From Bacteroidaceae bacterium (GTDB lineage Bacteria > Bacteroidota > Bacteroidia > Bacteroidales > Bacteroidaceae): 64,000 nucleotides of DNA. Of this stretch, positions 51,283 to 58,841 are shown in pieces. Under the pieces are notes generated by a model. That model was not told where the DNA came from. It saw nothing but the letters and a program-made list of their open reading frames with translations, and ran no database searches. Each line of letters opens with the position of its first letter. The stretch's first letter is position 1. The DNA is taken from positions 6,727 through 70,726 of the forward strand of contig JAFXAR010000074.1 of assembly GCA_017516885.1 (NCBI GenBank). Direction: 5' to 3'. The translations under genes were made by a program, and so were the position numbers.

Positions 51283-52392
51283 CTAAATTTCAAGAATGGG
51301 TTTACCAAACAGTTCCATGCTGCTGAATAAAAAGTACTCCAAGCGCCCATTGTTTGCACGCAACTGGGCAAGAAGCTTGCCAAGAATGTTGCAGCCGAAA
51401 TAATATTTCCGTCCACCTACTTCAACAAGTTCTGCGCCCCAGAAAAGTCTTGATGGATAGTTCTTGCCTGTACCATCTTCTACCGGCAGCTTTGATGTTG
51501 AATGAAGCACCTCACGAAAGGCAGCAATATCACGGTACTTCAGGCAAAGACAATACTTCATCCATTCTACTTGCATCAATTTCCAGAACATGCGCTCATG
51601 GCCTCGGAATTTACTCTTATATTCAATTTTCTTAAGTGCATCAACGCGGCCGTAACACTTATCGCGCTTCATATTACCCATATATAGGTTATCGCGCAGC
51701 CACTCATGTGCCTCGGCGCTATTCATTCTTGCCATCACAAAAAGAATCTCTAACTGGCGAAAATAAAAGTCACCATAGTGCATCCAGTTCTCCTTAGGCT
51801 CATTTATAGGCACTAATGCCATATTGTCAAGAATGTAATATGGGGTGTTCTGATCTGTGACGAATGGCTGGCATTCCTCGGCCGGATAAAGTCCGAACTT
51901 TTCCAGTTCTGCAAAATCACGCTGATTCTTAGGCATGAGTTCGTCAGGGTTGTATACAACCTGCTGCAAATCTTTATTCAGTTTGCTGTCTTTTAACCGG
52001 GTTTGAATATACTCAATCAAGGAGTTGCCATTTTCCGCAGCTTCAGGATGCAGAATTCCGTCAATAAAATCATTTGAAATCTCAAAGCTTTTGATTACAT
52101 CATCAAGTATCTCGTCTTCATCAACCCCCTGTTCATAAAGTTCCTCTGCAATGCGCTCACAGGCAAATCCGTATAATTTATCGTAAAGTTCAGGTGCTTT
52201 CTCGCAAAAGAACTCATCTGTAAACATGCCGCCCTCAACATGTTCTTCTCCATCAGGAAACTCTTGCTCACAATATTCCTTTATCAACTGGGTCAATTGC
52301 TTGTATTCCTTGTTTGTGATTCTGCAATCCACATCAAACGGTTCTCCTTCACCTTCGCAATAATACTTTAAAGTAAGCTGAATTGTTTTCAT
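51283..52392 (-). CDS. Hypothetical protein with acidic N-terminal half and NADAR (DUF1768/YbiA)-like C-terminal half
   Basis: The C-terminal ~170 aa follow the NADAR layout: W..MQVEWMKYCLCLKYRDIAAFREVLHSTSKLPVEDGT ... LFWGAE.....GCNILGKLLAQLR. For comparison, the family pattern is W..vM...l..KF.....l...Ll.T....LvE.....WG.....G.N.LG..Lm..R. This was judged by eye only. Confidence 0.5.
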   Translation of the reverse strand: MKTIQLTLKYYCEGEGEPFDVDCRITNKEYKQLTQLIKEYCEQEFPDGEEHVEGGMFTDEFFCEKAPELYDKLYGFACERIAEELYEQGVDEDEILDDVIKSFEISNDFIDGILHPEAAENGNSLIEYIQTRLKDSKLNKDLQQVVYNPDELMPKNQRDFAELEKFGLYPAEECQPFVTDQNTPYYILDNMALVPINEPKENWMHYGDFYFRQLEILFVMARMNSAEAHEWLRDNLYMGNMKRDKCYGRVDALKKIEYKSKFRGHERMFWKLMQVEWMKYCLCLKYRDIAAFREVLHSTSKLPVEDGTGKNYPSRLFWGAELVEVGGRKYYFGCNILGKLLAQLRANNGRLEYFLFSSMELFGKPILEI

Positions 52393-52482
52393 AGGTCAAT
52401 TTTTTATTGTATATTCTTTTTGCGAGAGACAAAAATAGCGCATTGCTGTACAATGTTACTGCACTGACAAGACATTTTGCCC

Positions 52483-52662
52483 TTAGTCGTATTTATGAAG
52501 TTCAGTATGTTTTTCGGAAACAGCCATAAGGGTGCGCCTATAATTTATGGTATCAGCCTCCTTTGCCTTCTCCCACCAACAGGAGAGTTCTTCTTGGGCA
52601 AGGTTGTTTTTGCAGGCAATCTTGCAGAGAAGGCGATACAGCAGCCTGTTTGTGCTGTTCAT
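52483..52662 (-). CDS. Small hypothetical protein (59 aa), possibly co-transcribed with the NADAR-like gene
   Basis: An internal ATG of the listed 98-aa ORF gives MNSTNRLLYRLLCKIACKNN... A TAnnTTTG box lies 23 nt upstream. It lies 90 nt upstream of the NADAR-like gene on the same strand. Confidence 0.4.
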   Translation of the reverse strand: MNSTNRLLYRLLCKIACKNNLAQEELSCWWEKAKEADTINYRRTLMAVSEKHTELHKYD

Positions 52663-52684
52663 GCAAATAGCAGTTTTAGTTTTA

Positions 52685-52692
52685 CAAAAATA
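52685..52692 (-). promoter_or_regulatory. Candidate -7 box (TATTTTTG) for the minus-strand small ORF / NADAR-like operon
   Basis: The plus-strand caaaaata matches the reverse complement of the consensus. A possible -33 (plus-strand caaa at 52715-52718) lies ~22 bp away. Confidence 0.4.
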
Positions 52693-52803
52693 GAGAAAAA
52701 ATAGAGTTTCTGTGCAAATTAAAGCATCAACTATGCTGAAGAACTGCACACCCACACTGAAATTTAAAATATTTGCCAAGACCCTAATGTTTCCACGCAG
52801 CAG

Positions 52804-52835
52804 TTTGCTTTATCGGCAATAAAAAGCTATATTTG
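52804..52835 (+). promoter_or_regulatory. Candidate promoter of the WYL regulator gene (-33 TTTG at 52804-52807, -7 TATATTTG at 52828-52835)
   Basis: Both consensus elements are present with a 20-bp spacer. The -7 box ends 19 nt before the ATG at 52855. Confidence 0.55.
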
Positions 52836-52854
52836 TATAAAGAAAAACCCAACC

Positions 52855-53862
52855 ATGCCACTCAACAAAAATGCTCTTCTGCGCTATAAGACATTAGACC
52901 GCTGTTTCAGCAGCGGCAGCACTGAATACACAATAAAAAGGCTGCTTGATTCGGTTAACAGCACCTTAATTAAGGAAGGACTCTACGGCATAAGCCTTAG
53001 ACAACTGCGCGATGACATTAAGACAATGCGCGAACTTTACAAAGCACCTATTGAGCCAAAGGTATACGATCATAAGAAATGCTACTATACCTATACCGAC
53101 AATAAATTCTCAATTTTCAATAATGGAATGGATGAAAAAGAGTTTAATGCGCTTCGCGCAACAATAGAGATGCTTGCCAAATACCGCACAGGAAACAGCT
53201 GGCTCGAAGAACTGCTCACAAGCCTTGAATACCGCTTCAATATAAAGCCCAACAGCAAGAAGATTGTTGCATTTGATGAGAACAGAGAACTTAAAGGCAT
53301 AGAGTTCTTGTCGTCCATAATCCAGCATGCCATCAACAATAAGGCAATATCCTATACCTACCGCTCGTTCCGTGGCCACGAAGAGGAATACACACTGCAT
53401 CCTTATTATATAAAGCAGTACAATGGACGCTGGTTTACTTTTGGCTGGGAATCGAAATATGGCCGATACTCAAATTTTGCACTTGACAGGACTGTGGGCA
53501 TTAAACCATCGGCCGAAGAGTTCATTGAAGAGAAAAGAATTGACTATGAGGAGGCGCTGAAGGATATTATAGGCGTAACAGTACCCGAGAACTGCCCGAG
53601 CGCCACAGCTATAAGACTGAAGTTTAGCAAAGAGAGATTCCCATACGTTCTCTCAAAGCCCTTGCACAGTTCACAGCAGATTATTGACCACGATGAACAT
53701 ATAATAGAGATAAAGGTAAAGAGAAACAAAGAACTTGACCAAATTGTTTTCTCTTATATCCCCGACATTGAAGTCGTCTCGCCAAAAGATTACCGCGAAT
53801 ACATTATTGAAAAAATAGAGACAAATCTCAATCTCTACAAAAGCGTGCAACAGCAGGCTTAG
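52855..53862 (+). CDS. WYL-domain transcriptional regulator (N-terminal HTH, central WYL, C-terminal extension)
   Basis: The N-terminus MPLNKNALLRYKTLDRCF is typical of Bacteroidetes WYL proteins. The WYL core is YTLHPYYIKQYNGRWFTFGW. Confidence 0.8.
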   Translation: MPLNKNALLRYKTLDRCFSSGSTEYTIKRLLDSVNSTLIKEGLYGISLRQLRDDIKTMRELYKAPIEPKVYDHKKCYYTYTDNKFSIFNNGMDEKEFNALRATIEMLAKYRTGNSWLEELLTSLEYRFNIKPNSKKIVAFDENRELKGIEFLSSIIQHAINNKAISYTYRSFRGHEEEYTLHPYYIKQYNGRWFTFGWESKYGRYSNFALDRTVGIKPSAEEFIEEKRIDYEEALKDIIGVTVPENCPSATAIRLKFSKERFPYVLSKPLHSSQQIIDHDEHIIEIKVKRNKELDQIVFSYIPDIEVVSPKDYREYIIEKIETNLNLYKSVQQQA

Positions 53863-53926
53863 TATTGTAAACAAGCATAATGGTTAAGAATCCTTAATCG
53901 GACAGAGTTTCATTTGTCATTTTCAT

Positions 53927-53962
53927 TTGTCTGTGCAGAACCCCTGCGCAGACAATGTTTTT
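53927..53962 (+). terminator. Intrinsic terminator after the WYL gene
   Basis: ttgtctgtgca-gaacccc-tgcgcagacaa forms an 11-bp stem with one G-U pair in RNA, followed by tgtttttctttg. Confidence 0.6.
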
Positions 53963-54083
53963 CTTTGCATACACAATCAGGAAAAAGCCTTTAGGGATAT
54001 TCTAAAAATTAGGCCAAAATAAGAACCTGCCGGCATAGAGCATTTGATTGCTAACCTATAAACTTCACTAAAATACTACAACT

Positions 54084-54812
54084 ATGAAAAAACAAGGAAA
54101 CGCAGAGATTGCAGCACGCATTGATTCACTCATGCAGAGTTTGGAAAGCGAGACGCTCACAAAAGAGCAGATGAACGAATGTTACAGAGAGCTTGACTTA
54201 ATAAAGAAAGAGTACGACCTTTTTGACATAGCCTTTGAGGAGAGCGGAAAGTCAGGTATCAAGGACATTTCAGGCAGAATACGCGTGCCGGCAATGTACA
54301 AGGAATTTCCGGCACTGTTCTCCTATCACTGCCACCGCAACGGACCTATTGCCGCCATGGACTTCAATGACAAGTACGCCATAGTTGCCACTGACGGCAC
54401 TGGCGCTCCGCTCTGCGACTTTAAGTACGACTACATCTACTATATGTTCGGAACGGATAACTTCTTTGTCTGCCTTGACGGCGAAGGGGACAACGTCGCA
54501 GGCGGAGTACTCAATGCCAAGGGAGAGCTTATAGTTCCTTGCAAAATGGACACTATCTATGAGTTCGCCAACAACTATGCAGCAGTTGAGAAGAACGGCA
54601 AATTCGGATTGCTTGCATACGACGGCACCTTCATTGAGCCCATATATGACGATGTAGAGGATGAGGAGGGGGTGATAAAAGTATGCAAAGATGGAAAGTG
54701 GGGTTATTTGAGCAGAGACTTGGACTTCATTGCAGAGGAGGAGTGGGAGCGCATGGAGAACATAGAACTGCTTGACTTGTTCACTTTTCCTTGTTCAAGG
54801 CAGAAGGATTGA
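54084..54812 (+). CDS. WG-repeat (KWG-like beta-repeat) protein, no signal peptide
   Basis: Repeated units follow the pattern G..G.I....G..I.P..YD.I, for example EKNGKFGLLAYDGTFIEPIYDDV and CKDGKWGYLSRDLDFI. The N-terminal ~55 aa are helical. Confidence 0.75.
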   Translation: MKKQGNAEIAARIDSLMQSLESETLTKEQMNECYRELDLIKKEYDLFDIAFEESGKSGIKDISGRIRVPAMYKEFPALFSYHCHRNGPIAAMDFNDKYAIVATDGTGAPLCDFKYDYIYYMFGTDNFFVCLDGEGDNVAGGVLNAKGELIVPCKMDTIYEFANNYAAVEKNGKFGLLAYDGTFIEPIYDDVEDEEGVIKVCKDGKWGYLSRDLDFIAEEEWERMENIELLDLFTFPCSRQKD

Positions 54813-54899
54813 CAAACAACAAAACAGAGGCAAACCGCAAGCGCATATTTTAGAAGCCGCTTGAATTTATATCACGGATTTTACAACTGACGAAAAAAC

Positions 54900-56588
54900 A
54901 TGAGAAAACTAAAAACAAGAAGAGGGAACTTGAGTTCAGGAATACATATAAAGGACAGCGTCACCGGTCCGGGAACGATAATCTCCGCTATGGAAACGAT
55001 TGTTGTAGCGGCAAACGACAGCGAGTTGAACGACGAAATGCTGGCTGCAGCAAAGCCAGCCTTTGATACTCTGAAGGAGAGACTCGCGGTTACTGATATG
55101 CAGGCCATCGTCATCAGTATGCTCATCGACTCTGACTGCACGCTCTCCACCGGCCGTATGGCCAACTATCTTGGTTTGAGGAACATACGCATGCTTACCT
55201 ACGTTGCAGAGATAGAGGAGCTTGTTGAACGGCGAATTGTAAGCAAGGTTTCAGGCAGTTTCGAGAACGGGTACAAGATAAGCCCCAAGGCTCTTGCCGC
55301 ATATATGAGAGACAAGGAGTATGTACACGTTGTAAACAAAAACATATCTGCCGGTGAGATGATAGATACTGCTATGGACATAATGGGTAGTTTCAAGAGT
55401 GAGGAGATTACACTCAAACAGATGCAGCAGGACATTGAAGAGCTTGTCGAGAGCAACAAGAATATTGTATTGGGCAAGAAGGCGGCAAAAGTGGGCACGG
55501 ACGAGAAGATTCTTTTTTTCTTCTGTCTCGGCAAATATGTCAACGAGGGCGACTGCAACATTGTTGACCACGATTACAGAGACCTCTATGCCGAAAGGAT
55601 GTTCGGCGGTTTCCAAAGTTCAATCATCAACCGCAGCAACGCGCTGTTCACCCAGGGACTGCTCGGAGATGGCGAAGGCGGCGGCATCTCTTCGCGCGAC
55701 TGCATAACTGTCTCGGAGGAGATACGGGAGTACATCAACCGTGAACTGAATATCTGTTGGGACAGCAATAACGAGAACTATCGCAAGGGGCTGCTCATTC
55801 ACGAGGATATTGTTGCAAAGGAACTCTTCTACAATGGCGAGGACAGTATCTCCATCAAACGTCTTGCCACAATGCTCAAGGAGGAGAACTTCAAGGAGAT
55901 ACAGCAGCGTATGCGTGAGAACGGCATGCGCAACGGTTTTGCCTGTCTGTTCTACGGTGCACCCGGCACAGGAAAAACCGAGACGGTGCTTCAGTTGGCG
56001 CGCAGCACAGGACGTGATATAATGCAGGTGAACATTGCCGGTATAAGAAGCAAATGGGTTGGCGAGAGCGAGAAGAATATACGCGGCATATTCAACCGCT
56101 ACCGCGCCTGCTGCGAGAAGAGCGAGAAGAAGCCCATTCTGCTTTTCAACGAGGCCGATGCGGTTATTGGCAAGCGCTTGACGAATGTAGAAAGAAGCGT
56201 TGACAAGATGGAGAACTCGTTGCAAAATATCATTCTTGAGGAGATTGAGAAACTTGACGGTATTCTCATTGCCACCACTAACCTCACATCAAACATGGAC
56301 ACCGCCTTTGAGCGCCGCTTCATATACAAGGTAGAGTTCCATAAGCCCGATGTAGAGACCAAGAAGCTTATATGGCAGTCTATGATAAGCGAACTTGCCG
56401 ATAATGATGCAGCGATACTTGCAAGCGAATTTGACCTCAGTGGCGGACAGATAGAGAACGTAAAGCGCAAGCAGGTGGTGGACAATATACTTTATGGAAC
56501 AGCCCCTACACTTGATGCGCTGCGCGCTTACTGCACACAGGAGGGTATGGGTACAAAAGGAAATAATTATTCACGAATAGGTTTTTAA
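54900..56588 (+). CDS. Classic-clade AAA+ ATPase with ~340-aa unassigned N-terminal region
   Basis: Walker A is GAPGTGKT (nt 55956-55979, aa 353-360). The Walker B region is ILLFNEAD (aa 413-420). Sensor-1 is ATTN, and the Arg-finger region is MDTAFERRF. The N-terminal half has a possible winged-helix segment (GRMANYLGLRNIRMLTYVAEIEELVERRIVSKV). The start codon is uncertain. Confidence 0.85.
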   Translation: MRKLKTRRGNLSSGIHIKDSVTGPGTIISAMETIVVAANDSELNDEMLAAAKPAFDTLKERLAVTDMQAIVISMLIDSDCTLSTGRMANYLGLRNIRMLTYVAEIEELVERRIVSKVSGSFENGYKISPKALAAYMRDKEYVHVVNKNISAGEMIDTAMDIMGSFKSEEITLKQMQQDIEELVESNKNIVLGKKAAKVGTDEKILFFFCLGKYVNEGDCNIVDHDYRDLYAERMFGGFQSSIINRSNALFTQGLLGDGEGGGISSRDCITVSEEIREYINRELNICWDSNNENYRKGLLIHEDIVAKELFYNGEDSISIKRLATMLKEENFKEIQQRMRENGMRNGFACLFYGAPGTGKTETVLQLARSTGRDIMQVNIAGIRSKWVGESEKNIRGIFNRYRACCEKSEKKPILLFNEADAVIGKRLTNVERSVDKMENSLQNIILEEIEKLDGILIATTNLTSNMDTAFERRFIYKVEFHKPDVETKKLIWQSMISELADNDAAILASEFDLSGGQIENVKRKQVVDNILYGTAPTLDALRAYCTQEGMGTKGNNYSRIGF

Positions 56589-56622
56589 AGCACTGTATAG
56601 CATATTAAACTAAAAATATCTT

Positions 56623-57033
56623 ATGACAGCATTGAAAAAAGAGAATTTGAATTCAGCAAAAGTTGGCAATGACTACAGGATTAAGAGCGTAGAACTTTCC
56701 ACCAATGGCCACAAGGAGTTGTACTTTGATGTTGAATGGGACGGCAATGAACCGGACTACTATGAATTGAGAGTGTTTGACAAGAACAGGAACTGCCTGG
56801 AGTGCATGCCATACGCATCGCACAAGCAGAGAATTGTGGTTATGGATTTCTATACCGATTTAGAGTCCAAAAAGGTAAACCACGAGACTTTCTATGTTGA
56901 ATTGGGTGTGGCTGAGTACTCCGACACCGAAGAGCTTGTAAAGTGGGAGGCGTTGGCAACTTATGAACCAATCAGACAGGACATCTACTACGAGAGCCGT
57001 CTCTTCCGCAAGAATGTGCTGGAACTTAGATAA
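56623..57033 (+). CDS. Hypothetical protein (136 aa)
   Basis: The ORF starts 35 nt downstream of the AAA+ gene on the same strand. No family was recognised and there is no signal peptide. Confidence 0.55.
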   Translation: MTALKKENLNSAKVGNDYRIKSVELSTNGHKELYFDVEWDGNEPDYYELRVFDKNRNCLECMPYASHKQRIVVMDFYTDLESKKVNHETFYVELGVAEYSDTEELVKWEALATYEPIRQDIYYESRLFRKNVLELR

Positions 57034-57065
57034 ATATCAAACAATCCCATAAAAAGCTATCAGAT

Positions 57066-57158
57066 ATGAAATATATTGATTTACTGATTCTAGGTCTGAG
57101 TCTTTTACTCTTTCTCAGGTCACTGTCATTCGCCATCACCGTTTACACCAGAAGGTAG
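57066..57158 (+). CDS. Candidate 30-aa hydrophobic micro-protein (below ORF-track cutoff)
   Basis: Manual translation gives ATG at 57066, MKYIDLLILGLSLLLFLRSLSFAITVYTRR, and TAG at 57156-57158. It has one predicted TM helix with a basic C-terminus. It lies in the 253-nt gap between two island genes on the same strand. Confidence 0.3.
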   Translation: MKYIDLLILGLSLLLFLRSLSFAITVYTRR

Positions 57159-57292
57159 TCACAAAAGACAATGATTGCGAGGTCTCCTTTATCAGAGGTT
57201 ACGAAAAGACCACTAAACACAAGCTATATGCAAACCTATGGTGCTGTGTATACATGATATATCTGTTTCTTTACCAATAAAACATATTGTAT

Positions 57293-57997
57293 ATGAACAA
57301 CGACAAGAATAGCGCGAAGCCATTAACCCGCGAAGTGCTGGAGGATTTCACCAACCGATGCGCAAGGCTGAATATGTACGAGCAAGGCTCTGATGAGTAT
57401 CTTGCACTCCGTTCTGCACTTGACGAAGAGGCCTATGGATACTGTCAGATGTCAGATTATGAACAGATTGTAAAGGAGGATGGAAAAGAGGGGGTGAAGA
57501 ACGGGCTTCTGAATTACTATATTGTACCTCCTGTATTTGACAAGGTAATGTATGCTACAAATATATGCCACAACTACATTGTAGCCAAGAATGGCAAATA
57601 TGGCATAACGAAGGCCGACGGCAAAGGCACGATGGCATTGCCCTGCATGTTCGACAGCATTGAAATGTTCAATACCTTCTTGGATGTTGTCAAGTTCAAA
57701 GCCGGCGGCAAATGGGGCATTATAGAACTTTATAGCGATGGTTGTGCCAAAGTGGTGACCGGTGCCGAGTATGATGAGATTTGCGAAACCGACACACAGT
57801 TCCTGTTATTGAGACAGGAAAGAAAATATGGGTTGTACAGGTATGGATACATACTGCCGGCCGGGTTCGATAGAATCTTTGTCCCTGAAATATTGGGCTG
57901 GATAAAGGTAATGCAAAACGGTGTCTGGGGTTATGTTGATGCAGACAACAAGTTCACCGAAAGGCTCGACGAGGCTTTTTTGCACATTTGCTATTAA
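57293..57997 (+). CDS. WG-repeat protein, paralog-like to 54084..54812
   Basis: The ATG at 57293 is preferred over the TTG at 57287. Repeat units include KNGKYGITKADGKGTMALPCMFDSI, KAGGKWGIIELY, ERKYGLYRYGYILPAGFDRI and QNGVWGYVDADNKF. No signal peptide is present. Confidence 0.75.
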   Translation: MNNDKNSAKPLTREVLEDFTNRCARLNMYEQGSDEYLALRSALDEEAYGYCQMSDYEQIVKEDGKEGVKNGLLNYYIVPPVFDKVMYATNICHNYIVAKNGKYGITKADGKGTMALPCMFDSIEMFNTFLDVVKFKAGGKWGIIELYSDGCAKVVTGAEYDEICETDTQFLLLRQERKYGLYRYGYILPAGFDRIFVPEILGWIKVMQNGVWGYVDADNKFTERLDEAFLHICY

Positions 57998-58051
57998 AGA
58001 GTCCTATATGTTGGTTATAGATAAAAAATAACATACATTTGTGGTGTAAAC

Positions 58052-58660
58052 ATGAAAAACCGATCTGTTATGGAACTTAAGAAACACACTCCCGAGGAGT
58101 TTGAACTTATGAGCGACGAGGAATATGAGAATTATGAGACCAGACTGTTTGACATCGCCAACGATATCGGGCTCCAAAGAAACAGTTTAGAGGAGTTGGA
58201 AACCGCACTCCTGAACATAAAAGAACTTGCCAAGAACAAGAAAAAAAGGTGTGGACATATGTATTGGCAATGTAGCAAAGAAGAGACCAAATGCATGAGC
58301 AACATATTGTCGGCAGCGGAAAAGTTCAGAAAAACATTCATCAAAGAGATTGCGGAATTCATAGGCGAAGGTATGCTTATTCTTTCCCGAGCTATAAAGT
58401 ACAAAGATATATATGGAGGGAGTTATGTGATAAAAAACATCTACAAGGAGCGTTGCTATGACCTATATGATGAATGTGAGTATACCGAAGTCATTTCTTG
58501 TGCAGAAAACCCCGGAGATGAAGAAACTATTGAAATGCACCTGCTGCCGGTGGATGTTCTAATGAAAATTTATCTTAAGATAGTCAACGGCGACGCCTTG
58601 CTTGTGTCCGACGAGGAACTGATTGCTTGTAACATCAATAGCGAAGAGATAAAATTATAA
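58052..58660 (+). CDS. Hypothetical protein (202 aa), acidic, A+T-rich coding sequence
   Basis: The last same-strand ORF of the island. No family was recognised. Confidence 0.55.
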   Translation: MKNRSVMELKKHTPEEFELMSDEEYENYETRLFDIANDIGLQRNSLEELETALLNIKELAKNKKKRCGHMYWQCSKEETKCMSNILSAAEKFRKTFIKEIAEFIGEGMLILSRAIKYKDIYGGSYVIKNIYKERCYDLYDECEYTEVISCAENPGDEETIEMHLLPVDVLMKIYLKIVNGDALLVSDEELIACNINSEEIKL

Positions 58661-58841
58661 TCCGCAATAGACAAACATTAAACCAATTCATTATGAAACC
58701 ACATCACCGTTCTCACTTTTTTATTTGACAGTTTCAGTTTGAACGGTGCTGGCGAGGGCATGGGGCTTAAGTTTAGCTACGGAGTGCATCTTGCAGATTT
58801 TCACTTACATGCAACCAAGCAACAGCAAACGGATGTTTCAC

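Noticed and set aside
50992-58841. Evidence that the 51-58 kb island is a mobile element
   Set aside because: I looked for an integrase or transposase, a flanking tRNA, and direct repeats in the 50992-51282 and 58661-58841 borders, and found none by eye. Horizontal origin rests only on composition and gene content, so the region is not called a mobile element.
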